Below are positions 43,724-53,774 of a stretch of 64,000 nucleotides of DNA, in pieces. Numbering within the stretch: the first letter of the stretch is position 1; each line of letters opens with the position of its first letter. The stretch comes from Synechococcus sp. GTDB taxonomy: Bacteria > Cyanobacteriota > Cyanobacteriia > PCC-6307 > Cyanobiaceae. The translations under genes were made by a program, and so were the position numbers. The stretch spans positions 32,001 to 96,000 of the forward strand of contig JBJBEO010000001.1 of NCBI GenBank assembly GCA_047284725.1, read 5' to 3'. The notes beneath the pieces are model-generated. The model was not told the origin of the DNA, ran no database searches, and saw only the letters and a list, made by a program, of their open reading frames with translations.

Positions 43724-46402
43724 ATGGCTGTTGCACGATCGTCGCGCTCTGATGCAGCCCGTCCTCGCAGTGGTGCAGAGATCCGGGAGGCATTCCTGCG
43801 TTTCTTTGAGCAGCGCGGTCACCAGCGCATGGCCAGTGCCTCGCTGGTGCCGGACGACCCCACGGTGCTGCTCACCATCGCCGGCATGCTGCCGTTCAAG
43901 CCGATTTTTCTGGGTCAGCAGGAGCGTCCGGCCCCCTGTGCCACCAGCTCTCAGAAGTGCATCCGCACCAATGACATTGAAAACGTGGGACGGACGGCAC
44001 GTCACCACACGTTCTTCGAGATGCTCGGGAACTTTTCCTTTGGTGACTATTTCAAGGAGCAGGCGATCCAGTGGGCCTGGGAACTGAGCACCGGTGTGTT
44101 CGGCCTGGATCCCAAGCATCTGGTGGTGAGTGTCTTCCGTGAAGACGACGAGGCCGAGGCGATCTGGCGTGATGTGGTGGGGGTGAATCCCAGGCGAATC
44201 ATCCGCATGGATGAGGCCGACAACTTCTGGGCTTCCGGTCCCACGGGTCCCTGCGGTCCGTGCTCGGAGATCTATTACGACTTCAGGTCTGAGCTTGGCG
44301 ATGAGGGCATTGATCTGGAAGACGACGACCGTTTCATCGAGTTCTACAACCTGGTGTTCATGCAGTACAACCGCGACGCAGAGGGCACCCTCACGCCGCT
44401 GGAGAACCGCAACATCGACACCGGCATGGGCCTGGAACGGATGGCGCAGATCCTTCAGCAGGTCCCAAACAACTACGAGACCGATCTGATCTACCCACTG
44501 GTCACAACGGCCGCTGCTCTTGCCGGGGTCGACTACCAGCAACTCGATGATCGGGGTCAGACCAGCCTCAAAGTGATCGGCGACCACAGCCGAGCTGTCT
44601 GCCAGTTGATCTGCGATGGCGTCACCGCCAGCAACCTCGGACGGGGTTACATCCTGCGTCGTTTGCTGCGCCGGGTGGTGCGCCATGGGCGCTTGCTGGG
44701 CATCGACAAGCCGTTTCTGCCTGCGATGGGTGAAGCCTCGATCGCGTTGATGCAGGAGGCCTATCCCCAGCTGCTGGACCGCAAGGACGTGATCCTGGCG
44801 GAGCTGCAGCGGGAGGAGGCCCGCTTCCTGGAAACCCTGGAACGGGGCGAGAAGCTTCTCGCCGACGTGCTCGCCGCCAAGCCCAAACAGATTTCAGGCG
44901 CCCAGGCCTTTGAGCTGTACGACACCTACGGCTTCCCCCTGGAACTCACCCAGGAGATTGCTGAGGAGCATGGACTCAGTGTCGATCTGGCTGGCTTTGA
45001 AACGGCGATGGACGAGCAGCGCCAGCGGGCCAAGGCGGCGGCGGTGAGCATTGATCTCACGCTTCAGGATGCGATCGATCAGGTGGCCTCTGAGTTGGAA
45101 GCCACCAGTTTCCGGGGCTACGAGCTTCTGGAACACAGCAGCAGCGTGCAGGCTCTGGTGGTCAACGGTGAACCGGCAGCGCAGGCTGTCGCTGGTGATG
45201 CCGTGCAGGTGGTGCTCGACACCACGCCGTTTTATGGCGAAGGCGGAGGCCAGGTGGGCGATCGCGGAGTCCTCGTCGGCGATGGCCCCGATGGCCTCGG
45301 TTTGATTGTGGCGATCGACTCCGTGAGCCGCAATCGCAGTGTGTTCGTGCACAGCGGCCGCGTGGAGCGGGGCAGTTTGTCGATCGGCGACGTGGTGCAT
45401 GGTCAGGTGGATCGTGCCTGCCGCCGCCGTGCCCAGGCCAATCACACCGCCACACATCTGCTGCAGGCCGCGTTGAAGCAGGTGGTGGATCCGGGGATTG
45501 GTCAGGCTGGGTCATTGGTGGACTTCGAGCGGTTGCGCTTCGACTTCCATTGCCCGCGGGCCGTGAAGCAGGAAGAGCTGGAGCAGATCGAGGCGTTGAT
45601 CAACGGCTGGATCAGTGAGGCCCATGCCCTCGAGGTGCAGGAGATGGCGATCGAGCAGGCCAAGGCCGCTGGTGCCGTGGCGATGTTTGGCGAGAAATAC
45701 GCCGATGTGGTGAGGGTGGTGGATGTCCCTGGCGTGTCGATGGAGCTGTGCGGCGGCACCCATGTGGCCAACACCGCTGAGATCGGTTTGTTCAAGATCG
45801 TCTCGGAGGGTGGGGTCGCTGCTGGTATTCGCCGCATCGAAGCGGTGGCCGGTGGCGCTGTGCTCGCTTACCTGAATGAGCGGGATGGCGTTGTCAAGCA
45901 ACTGGGCGATCGCTTCAAGGCACAGCCCTCCGAGATCGTGGAGCGCGTGATCACACTGCAGGACGAACTCAAGGCCACGGCAAAGGCCCTTGCAGCGGTT
46001 CAGGCCGAGCTGGCCGTGGCCAAGTCAGCGGCTCTGGCCGCGAAGGCTGTGGCGGTCGGAGACTTCCAGTTGTTGGTGGAACGCCTGGATGGTGTGGATG
46101 GCAGTGGTCTTCAAGGCGCGGCACAAAACCTGGCTGACCAGCTGGGGGAGGGGGCTGCTGTGGTGATCGGGGGGCTGCCTGACCCCGCTGACCAGGGCAA
46201 GGTGATCCTTGTGGCGGCCTTTGGCAAGGCGGTGATCGCTGCCAAACTTCAAGCAGGCAAGTTCATTGGTGGAATCGCCAAGCTCTGCGGCGGCGGCGGT
46301 GGCGGGCGTCCCAACCTGGCTCAGGCCGGTGGACGGGATGGTGCTGCTCTGGATGGGGCACTCAAGATGGCGTCTGCTGAATTGAAGACAACGTTGAAAT
46401 GA
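43724..46402 (+). CDS. alaS: Alanyl-tRNA synthetase
   Basis: TIAGMLPFK, HHTFFEMLGNFSFGDYFK, DTGMGLER, NHTATH, ELCGGTH, GGGGG DHHA1 tail. Confidence 0.98.
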   Translation: MAVARSSRSDAARPRSGAEIREAFLRFFEQRGHQRMASASLVPDDPTVLLTIAGMLPFKPIFLGQQERPAPCATSSQKCIRTNDIENVGRTARHHTFFEMLGNFSFGDYFKEQAIQWAWELSTGVFGLDPKHLVVSVFREDDEAEAIWRDVVGVNPRRIIRMDEADNFWASGPTGPCGPCSEIYYDFRSELGDEGIDLEDDDRFIEFYNLVFMQYNRDAEGTLTPLENRNIDTGMGLERMAQILQQVPNNYETDLIYPLVTTAAALAGVDYQQLDDRGQTSLKVIGDHSRAVCQLICDGVTASNLGRGYILRRLLRRVVRHGRLLGIDKPFLPAMGEASIALMQEAYPQLLDRKDVILAELQREEARFLETLERGEKLLADVLAAKPKQISGAQAFELYDTYGFPLELTQEIAEEHGLSVDLAGFETAMDEQRQRAKAAAVSIDLTLQDAIDQVASELEATSFRGYELLEHSSSVQALVVNGEPAAQAVAGDAVQVVLDTTPFYGEGGGQVGDRGVLVGDGPDGLGLIVAIDSVSRNRSVFVHSGRVERGSLSIGDVVHGQVDRACRRRAQANHTATHLLQAALKQVVDPGIGQAGSLVDFERLRFDFHCPRAVKQEELEQIEALINGWISEAHALEVQEMAIEQAKAAGAVAMFGEKYADVVRVVDVPGVSMELCGGTHVANTAEIGLFKIVSEGGVAAGIRRIEAVAGGAVLAYLNERDGVVKQLGDRFKAQPSEIVERVITLQDELKATAKALAAVQAELAVAKSAALAAKAVAVGDFQLLVERLDGVDGSGLQGAAQNLADQLGEGAAVVIGGLPDPADQGKVILVAAFGKAVIAAKLQAGKFIGGIAKLCGGGGGGRPNLAQAGGRDGAALDGALKMASAELKTTLK

Positions 46403-46621
46403 AGGTGGCTTGATCGTTGGCGTTGTGCTGTTGGAGACGTCTTTGATCCTCCGCGAAGGCATTGATCTGAGTTCGCTCACAAACAATCGCTTCTTTGCCA
46501 ACTTGAGGTATCAGGAGATGCATCGATCAGGTCTTGGTGTTGGCCATCAACAACGCATTCTCATGGAAACGTCATGCAATCTGCTGGCCTAATCTCTAGA
46601 GTCTGATTCATTCGCAAAGCG

Positions 46622-47791
46622 ATGATTTTGCCGATGAAATCGTTCGGGAAAATGTTGAGGTCAAGCCATGCTTTCCCTTGGTCTTTGACTTGTCTTTCGC
46701 TCAGCCTTTTGTTCGTTGGTTGTCGTCCTCAAGCGCAAGCTCCCCAGTCTTTGCCGCTGTATGCAGATGCGATTGTTAAGAAAGACTTTCGGCAGGTGGT
46801 GAATGCTGAAGGGATGATAGGAAATAATAATTATGTTCCCTTTAGGCCCTCACAAAGTGGCATTGTCACCCAAGTTTTGGTGAAGGCCGGCCAAAAGGTC
46901 AAGAAGGGCCAGGTCATGTTTGTTTTGGAACATGAGTCGCAACGTGCCGCACTTGATACCGCGAAGGCTAAAGCTCAGGAGGCAAAGATTGAAGCCTCTC
47001 GCTATCAGTTCTTGTACGCTGCCGGGGCGGCCACTCTCGAAGAAGCGGAACAGTACAGGATTACGGCCATCGCTCGACACAATGAATCGATCGATAAAAG
47101 AGTTCAATTGAGTCATCGATCCATCAAGGCACCTTTTGATGGTGTGATTGGAACTAATTTTGTTGTTAATGTCGGAACTTATATTCAATCAGGTGACATC
47201 TTGGGGGGGCTTGTTAATAACGATGAGCTTTTTGTTCAAATGAATGTCCCGGCAGCTCAGGCAGCATCCATTCAATTGGGTCAGGTTGTTCGGATTTATT
47301 CGGGAGGCTCGGATCGATCTATTGCCGAAGGACAAGTTGATTATGTAGCACCGTACTTTGATTCTGGCTCTGATGGTACTTCCCCTACCAATACATTAAC
47401 GGTTCAAGCCTCGTTTCCAAATGTCCAGGCAGGTCTGAAGCCTGGTGAGGTGTTGCGTTCTGAAATTCAAACGGGAGTTCGCCACCTGCCGGCAATTCCC
47501 ACGGCTGCAATCACCATGAAGGCTCAGCAAGCCTTTGTTTTCAAACTGGTTCCTGTTACCACCTTTCTTCGGTTGAACAATCTCGATGAAAAACAAAGCC
47601 AACCTCTCAAAGCATTGCCTTCTGAGTCGTTAATCGCTATGGAATCGCCTGTGACTTTAGGCGAGCTTCAGGAGAATCAATTCCCAGTCCTGAAAGGATT
47701 GGCGCCTGGCGATCAGGTGGCCATTAGCCAGACAAAAGTCTTGTTTACTGGAATGCCAGTGACAATTCTCCCTGATCTACCCTCCAACTAA
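46622..47791 (+). CDS. RND efflux periplasmic adaptor (lipoprotein)
   Basis: Lipobox FVGC, VKAGQKVKKGQ, IKAPFDGVIG, LKPG; start could be a later Met; visibly AT-richer than the core genes. Confidence 0.9.
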   Translation: MILPMKSFGKMLRSSHAFPWSLTCLSLSLLFVGCRPQAQAPQSLPLYADAIVKKDFRQVVNAEGMIGNNNYVPFRPSQSGIVTQVLVKAGQKVKKGQVMFVLEHESQRAALDTAKAKAQEAKIEASRYQFLYAAGAATLEEAEQYRITAIARHNESIDKRVQLSHRSIKAPFDGVIGTNFVVNVGTYIQSGDILGGLVNNDELFVQMNVPAAQAASIQLGQVVRIYSGGSDRSIAEGQVDYVAPYFDSGSDGTSPTNTLTVQASFPNVQAGLKPGEVLRSEIQTGVRHLPAIPTAAITMKAQQAFVFKLVPVTTFLRLNNLDEKQSQPLKALPSESLIAMESPVTLGELQENQFPVLKGLAPGDQVAISQTKVLFTGMPVTILPDLPSN

Positions 47792-47795
47792 TCTG

Positions 47796-50700
47796 ATGTC
47801 GTTTGCAGATCCCTTTATCAAAAGGCCCGTCCTCACGAGTGTCTGCAGCATTGCTATTTTTATTGCCGGATTGGTTGTTGTCTCAGATCTGCCAATCGAA
47901 TTCGTGCCTGATGTTGCACCATCTCAGATCCGGATTTCTGCTGCTTTTCCTGGTGGTAATGCCAGCATCGTTGAGAAATCAGTGACGGATCAGCTGGAGG
48001 ATTTGCTTTCTGATACTCCAGGTGTTGATTATTTAGTATCAAATTCCACTGCAACTTCAAGTACGATACAGCTGTATTTAGAGCCAGGAATATCTGCAGA
48101 CACGGCTATGTTGGATGCGCAAAATCGCATTCAACAAGGGATTCAAAACCTGCCCCAGGCGACAAAGGATCAGGGTGTGAGTATTAGCCAGTCAACTGAC
48201 ACCACGCTCAGCAGCTATATGCTTACATCTGATCAAGGGCAATACAATTCGGCTTATCTGTCGTCGTTAATTGAGGGCAATCTAAAAAAACAGATTCAGC
48301 TGATTAATGGTGTTGGCACAGTCAGAATTTACCCTTCGGATTCCCGATTTCAGGTGTTTTTAGATCCTGATCTTCTGAAGTCCTACGATATTACAAGTGA
48401 AGAAGTTGCTCAGCGAATCCGATCACAAAATTTTCCCTCATCCGCTGGCAACGTCGGAGCATCCCTTCTCGGTGACGAAGCCTCCTACACGTATCCAGTC
48501 CTGGTGAAGGACGGTGGCTATATTCAGACCGTTGAGGAATTTGAAAATCTTGCGGTGAGAACGGCTCCTTCCGGAGCCCTGATCCGTGTGAAAGATATTG
48601 GCAAGGTTGAGTACATTGCAAGCCCGTCGGTCTCTCTGAAAACTCTGGATGGTTATCCAGCAAGCTTTATAGTCATCAATCAAAAATCAGGTAGTAATGC
48701 TGTGCAGGTGGCCAGCGATGTTGAGGAAGTGATTGCCGACTTTGAAAAAATTGCACCGCCTGGGATTCGAGTTTCACAGTTTGACGATAAAAAGTCCTTT
48801 GTGAATGAATCGATTGAAAACGTCTCCGACGCCCTCGGGCTGGCTGTCGTTTTGGTGTTGGTGACACTGTTGTTGTTTCTGAAAAATTGGCGAACAGTTC
48901 TGATCCCGGCTTTGGCTATTCCAGTGGCCATCGTGGGGACTTTTCTGTTCTTAGGCCTCTTTGGTTTCAGTCTGAACTTTCTCACTCTGACAGGTCTTGT
49001 TCTGGCGACAGGTTTAGTGGTTGATGATGCAATTCTTGTTGTTGAGTCGGTTTCTAAAAAGATCGAAGAGGGCATGCCCCCCAGGCAAGCTGCGTTGTCA
49101 ACAATGAATGAGCTTTCTGGTGCCGTTGTCTCAACATCACTTGTTTTAATCACGTTGTTTGTTCCAGTCACTTTGGTCGCTTCATCAGTTGGAAAAATTT
49201 ATCAGCAGTTTGCCATTACGATTATGGCTGCAATCGCAATTTCAACGTTTAATGCTTTAACATTTTCGCCAATGATGGCGGCCTTGATGCTCAGGTCGGG
49301 AAGTCAAATCAAACTATCTCGATGGCTGTCTGGCGCGGGTGGCTTGCTGACGGGTGCATTGTTTGGAGTGTTTACGCGTTCAAATTTTGGTGATTTGATT
49401 GTGCCAATTGCGATCGGTTTCTTTGGGGTTCTGGGGTTTTGTCTCGCCCAAGTGTTCCAGGTTTTTGAGTCCGGTTACACTGCTTTTGCGGTGAAATTTG
49501 CAGGTATTTCGAGTTTTTTGATTCGCAAAAATCGGCTTGTTACGGCTTGTTTGCTGCCAGCTTTCATCGTTACGATTGCTTTATTTGGTTCAATTCCTTC
49601 GGCTTTAATTCCCCAAGAAGACCAAAGTATTTTGACGGGTGGGACGCAGTTAGCCTCAGGTGCATCCCTCATGGAAACGGCCAAGGTTGCTGCCCAGGCA
49701 TCTTCTCTTTTGAGGCAAAAGCAGCAGTCGAAAGACTCTGCAATCAAGGATGCAGTGGTCATTGCAGGCCTTGGAGGTGCTGAACAATTGGGTTTTTATG
49801 CTTCGCTGAAGCCGCTTGAGGAGAGGCCCAATCCTTCGCAGGCTGCTGATGCACAGCAAAGAGCTCTCGGTGCGACCTTGTTGCCTCTCCCTACGGCACG
49901 CCCCGCATCTTTTTATCAGCCGCCAATGATCAATGTTGCGGCCAATACTCAGATTTCCATGTTGCTTGTTGACAAGAGCAACCGTGCATACACATTTGAA
50001 GAATTGAATGAATTTGCACGGCGCTTTCAAGAGTCGGCTCAGCGTGATCCTTTGATTGCCAGTATTTATACAATCTTTGCTCCGGATGCTCCTGCGTATG
50101 AGTTAACGGTCAATCGCTCGAAGCTTTCGTCTTTAGGTGTTGATTTCAATAAGGCGACGAGGGCATTGGCGGAGCTTGCCGGTGGCAGCAGGGTGAATCA
50201 AACCTCAATTCCTGGTGGTGTGAGAGATGTGCAACTGATTAGTGATTCAAGGGGAAGGCTCGACATCGATGATCTTCTGGATTACTCCGTGCGCTCAGCC
50301 AATGGCACTATGGTGAAAGTGAGGCAATTTACGGATGCTGAACTAATCAGTGCTCCTTCATCCATTGAGCATTTCAGCTTTAACCGCTCGGTTCGCTTCA
50401 TGATTCAGCCCGCACCTGGTGTCTCGCAGGGGCAGGTGATCGATCGCCTTGCTCAATTGTTCGCTGAGAATAACTTCAAGGATCTTGGCTATGCCTTTGA
50501 TGGTTTGGCCCGCACACAGGTTGAGTCTGGCGGGCAGGTCTTGATGCTGTTCGCCTTGGCTGGCCTGGCAGTGTTCTTTATTCTTTCGGCAACCTATGAG
50601 AGCTACATCACCGCCACGACAATTTTGCTCACAGCGCCTCTTGCCATCTTGGGAAGTCTGTTGTTTGTGAAAATGAGGGCAATGAATATCAATTTATTTT

Positions 50701-51062
50701 CACAAGTGGGATTGCTGATGCTGATTGGACTGGCGGCTAAAAACGCCATTCTTGTGGTGGAAATGGCGGATCAGGGCATGGCTCAAGGTTTGCAGGCAGC
50801 ACCAGCAGCGCTCCAGGCAGCTCAATCGAGACTGCGTCCGATCCTGATGACGTCCACGGCCTCTTTGGCTGGTTTCTTCCCTCTGGTGGTCGCAAGGAAT
50901 GCCGGAGCGAATGCGCAGCAATCGATCGGAACCGTTGTGTTCGGCGGTCTTCTCGTTGGAACGATCCTTTCCTTGGCTGTTGTTCCGTCTGTTTATGTGT
51001 TCATTAAAAATTGGGAGTCTCGTTGGTTCAACGCGCGTCGTGCCGCCAAGCCATCCTTGTGA
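47796..51062 (+). CDS. RND efflux permease (HAE1/AcrB family)
   Basis: FIKRPV, GLVVDDAILVVE, GLAAKNAILVVE, RLRPILMT proton-relay motifs. Confidence 0.95.
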   Translation: MSFADPFIKRPVLTSVCSIAIFIAGLVVVSDLPIEFVPDVAPSQIRISAAFPGGNASIVEKSVTDQLEDLLSDTPGVDYLVSNSTATSSTIQLYLEPGISADTAMLDAQNRIQQGIQNLPQATKDQGVSISQSTDTTLSSYMLTSDQGQYNSAYLSSLIEGNLKKQIQLINGVGTVRIYPSDSRFQVFLDPDLLKSYDITSEEVAQRIRSQNFPSSAGNVGASLLGDEASYTYPVLVKDGGYIQTVEEFENLAVRTAPSGALIRVKDIGKVEYIASPSVSLKTLDGYPASFIVINQKSGSNAVQVASDVEEVIADFEKIAPPGIRVSQFDDKKSFVNESIENVSDALGLAVVLVLVTLLLFLKNWRTVLIPALAIPVAIVGTFLFLGLFGFSLNFLTLTGLVLATGLVVDDAILVVESVSKKIEEGMPPRQAALSTMNELSGAVVSTSLVLITLFVPVTLVASSVGKIYQQFAITIMAAIAISTFNALTFSPMMAALMLRSGSQIKLSRWLSGAGGLLTGALFGVFTRSNFGDLIVPIAIGFFGVLGFCLAQVFQVFESGYTAFAVKFAGISSFLIRKNRLVTACLLPAFIVTIALFGSIPSALIPQEDQSILTGGTQLASGASLMETAKVAAQASSLLRQKQQSKDSAIKDAVVIAGLGGAEQLGFYASLKPLEERPNPSQAADAQQRALGATLLPLPTARPASFYQPPMINVAANTQISMLLVDKSNRAYTFEELNEFARRFQESAQRDPLIASIYTIFAPDAPAYELTVNRSKLSSLGVDFNKATRALAELAGGSRVNQTSIPGGVRDVQLISDSRGRLDIDDLLDYSVRSANGTMVKVRQFTDAELISAPSSIEHFSFNRSVRFMIQPAPGVSQGQVIDRLAQLFAENNFKDLGYAFDGLARTQVESGGQVLMLFALAGLAVFFILSATYESYITATTILLTAPLAILGSLLFVKMRAMNINLFSQVGLLMLIGLAAKNAILVVEMADQGMAQGLQAAPAALQAAQSRLRPILMTSTASLAGFFPLVVARNAGANAQQSIGTVVFGGLLVGTILSLAVVPSVYVFIKNWESRWFNARRAAKPSL

Positions 51063-51120
51063 ATGTGATGTTGGTTCAGTTGTCCTTGAACAGGTCTTGC
51101 TTTGTCTTGGAGGTGTCGCT

Positions 51121-53100
51121 TCAGCTTTGCAGGTAGGTGCTTTGATTCAGGCTTTTTTCAAGATGATCCATTAAACGCCTGGCTTCACTGATTCGCAGCT
51201 GTCCGCTGTGAATCGCTTTCTCGCTGGCGATGCGCAAGCGTTCCAGTAATGCATCGGGATCATGCTCCATCATTTCCAGCACATCGGCGTTGGTGTCGCC
51301 ACGAACAACATGATCAACCTGGTACTCCCCGCCTGGTGCCAGTCGGATATGTGCGGAATCGGTGCTGCCGAACAAGTTGTGGAGGTTGCCCATCACTTCT
51401 TGATAGGCACCACCGAGGAACATCCCGATCAGGTAGGGCTCATCGGGCCTGAGTGGATGAAGCTCGAGCAGGGGTTTGTTCTGACCGTCATGGATGAATC
51501 GGTTCAGCTTCCCATCGGAATCGCACGTTAAATCGGCGAAGTGACCGAGACGAGTGGGTTGTTCGTTGAGACGATGCAAGGGCATCAACGGGAAGAGTTG
51601 CTGGATGGCCCAGGTGTCCGGGGCGGAGCGGAAAATGGACAGGTTGGCGTAGTAGGTCTCCGCCAAAACAGCCGGAAGTGTTTTCAGGTCATCGGGCAGT
51701 TTCGTCGCATCAGGGAGACGGTTGAGCAATGCCCTGGCGCACGCCCATGTGAGTTGTTCCGCCATGCTGCGTTCTTTCAAACTCAGATAGCCGAGTCGGA
51801 ATGCGGCTAAGGCATCCTCTTTGAACTTGAGTGCATCGTTCCAGGCTTCTTGCAGACGAGATGGTTCCGCCGACGCGTCCGTGGCTAAGCCTTCGATGCC
51901 TTGCAGGGTTTCGCGCAGATTGCGAACGATCAGGGGCTCATCCTGTTCAAGTCTGGGCGTGGGTTGCTGTAAGCCTCCGCAGCCGAGCACGTTGAACACC
52001 AGCACGGAGAAATGGCTGGCAATCGCACGACCGCTTTCGCTCACTAACGTTGGTACGGGAACGTTTCTTGACTCGCACCCTTCTTTCACCGTCGCAACCA
52101 CGTCGTTGGCGTAGTTCTGCAGGGAGTAGTTGGTGGAAGCGGCTGTGGCGGTACGGCTGCCGTCGTAGTCGATACCCAGGCCGCCACCCACATCGAGGTA
52201 GCCCATGGGGGCTCCGAGGTTGTGAAGCTCCACGTAGATGCGGGAGGCTTCCTGGAGCGCGTCTTTGACGACCGCAATGTCATTGATCTGGCTGCCCACA
52301 TGGAAATGGAGCAGACGCAGTTCGCTGAGAAGATCAGCCTCGTGGAGGGCTTCCACGGTGGAGAGGATCTCCGGCACTGGAAGGCCGAATTTGGCTTTGT
52401 CGCCCACAGAGCTGCCCCACCGCCCTGTGCTGCGGCTGGCCAGACGAGCGCGGATCCCGATCAGAGGCGCAGCCCCAAGGTCCCGGCTGGCTTCAATGAT
52501 CCTTGGTACCTCATCGGCCTGCTCGATCACCACCACAGGGCGTCGTCCCAGGCGCCTGGCAAGGATGGCGGTTTCGATGTAGCGCCGGTCTTTGTAGCCG
52601 TTGCAGATCAATAGCGCCTCAGGGTCGTCGATCAGTGACAGAGCAATCAGCAGTTCGGCTTTACTGCCTGCTTCCAAGCCGAAATGCCAGCGCTTGCCGC
52701 AGCTCACCAGCTCTTCCACCACGTGACGCTGCTGGTTGCACTTCACCGGGAAGACGCCCTGATAACGGCCGCTGTAGCCGTACTGGGTGATGGCCCGTTC
52801 GAAAGCGGCGTGGAGGCTTTCCAGTCGGTCTTCGAGAATGTCGTCGAAGCGGATCAGCAGGGGAAGGTTGAGGTTCCGGCCTTGGAGCCCTTCCACCAGT
52901 TGCATCAGATCAAGGCTGCCGCCGCGCTCTCCCCGTGGTTGAACACTCACATGGCCGCGCAGATTGATGGAGAAGTAAGGGTTCCCCCAGCGCTCGAGGC
53001 CATACAACTCAGCGCTGTCTTGAATGCTCCAGGCCGGCTTCGCAGCAGCAGATCTGGCGTTCGCCTCATGGCCCAGAGGGTTGGGGTTGGCGAGCACCAT
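51121..53100 (-). CDS. speA: Biosynthetic arginine decarboxylase
   Basis: FPVKCNQ, GLEAGSK, HFHVGSQ, DVGGGLG, SESGRA, DLTCDSDG, GAYQE. Confidence 0.96.
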   Translation of the reverse strand: MVLANPNPLGHEANARSAAAKPAWSIQDSAELYGLERWGNPYFSINLRGHVSVQPRGERGGSLDLMQLVEGLQGRNLNLPLLIRFDDILEDRLESLHAAFERAITQYGYSGRYQGVFPVKCNQQRHVVEELVSCGKRWHFGLEAGSKAELLIALSLIDDPEALLICNGYKDRRYIETAILARRLGRRPVVVIEQADEVPRIIEASRDLGAAPLIGIRARLASRSTGRWGSSVGDKAKFGLPVPEILSTVEALHEADLLSELRLLHFHVGSQINDIAVVKDALQEASRIYVELHNLGAPMGYLDVGGGLGIDYDGSRTATAASTNYSLQNYANDVVATVKEGCESRNVPVPTLVSESGRAIASHFSVLVFNVLGCGGLQQPTPRLEQDEPLIVRNLRETLQGIEGLATDASAEPSRLQEAWNDALKFKEDALAAFRLGYLSLKERSMAEQLTWACARALLNRLPDATKLPDDLKTLPAVLAETYYANLSIFRSAPDTWAIQQLFPLMPLHRLNEQPTRLGHFADLTCDSDGKLNRFIHDGQNKPLLELHPLRPDEPYLIGMFLGGAYQEVMGNLHNLFGSTDSAHIRLAPGGEYQVDHVVRGDTNADVLEMMEHDPDALLERLRIASEKAIHSGQLRISEARRLMDHLEKSLNQSTYLQS

Positions 53101-53239
53101 GCGGTCTGACGTGCTGAGGACGTTGCGGCAAATCTAAGGAGCATGAATCCATGGAGCAGCAACACGTGCGGCGGTGCTGTGCTTGCCAAGGGGGAGGCTG
53201 AGCACGGAGCATGGCCCGGTTATCAGTGATGTCTTCTTC

Positions 53240-53698
53240 ATGGCCACCGAACGCACGTTCATCGCCATCAAGCCCGATGGTGTCCAGCGCGGGCTGGTGG
53301 GCGAGATCCTCGGCCGCTTTGAGCGCAAGGGTTTCAAGCTGGTGGGCTTGAAGCAGATCACCCCCAGCCGGGAGCTGGCTGAGCAGCACTACGGCGTGCA
53401 CAAGGAGCGTCCTTTCTTTGCGGGCCTGGTTGAGTTCATCACCTCTGGCCCTGTGGTGGCCATGGTCTGGGAGGGCGATGGCGTCATTGCCAGTGCCCGC
53501 AAACTGATCGGAGCCACCAAGCCTCTCGAGGCTGAGCCCGGAACGATTCGTGGTGATCTGGCGGTCAACATCGGTCGCAACGTGATTCACGGCTCCGATG
53601 CCGCCGAGACCGCCCAGTTCGAGATCGGTCTCTGGTTCCAGCCGTCTGAGCTCAATGCGTGGACCCCTTCCGATCAGGGCTGGCGCGTCGAGGCTTGA
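53240..53698 (+). CDS. ndk: Nucleoside diphosphate kinase
   Basis: [28 protein letters not shown]. Confidence 0.98.
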   Translation: MATERTFIAIKPDGVQRGLVGEILGRFERKGFKLVGLKQITPSRELAEQHYGVHKERPFFAGLVEFITSGPVVAMVWEGDGVIASARKLIGATKPLEAEPGTIRGDLAVNIGRNVIHGSDAAETAQFEIGLWFQPSELNAWTPSDQGWRVEA

Positions 53699-53739
53699 TC
53701 AGCCCCTGGGTGTCCCCGCTTGTTGTCAGGTGACACCTC

Positions 53740-53773
53740 ACAACCGCCAAGGCAGACCTGCCTTGGCGGTTGT
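53740..53773. terminator. Perfect inverted repeat between convergent ndk and thiO (bidirectional terminator)
   Basis: ACAACCGCCAAGGCAG-AC-CTGCCTTGGCGGTTGT (16-bp arms). Confidence 0.75.
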
Positions 53774-53774
53774 T

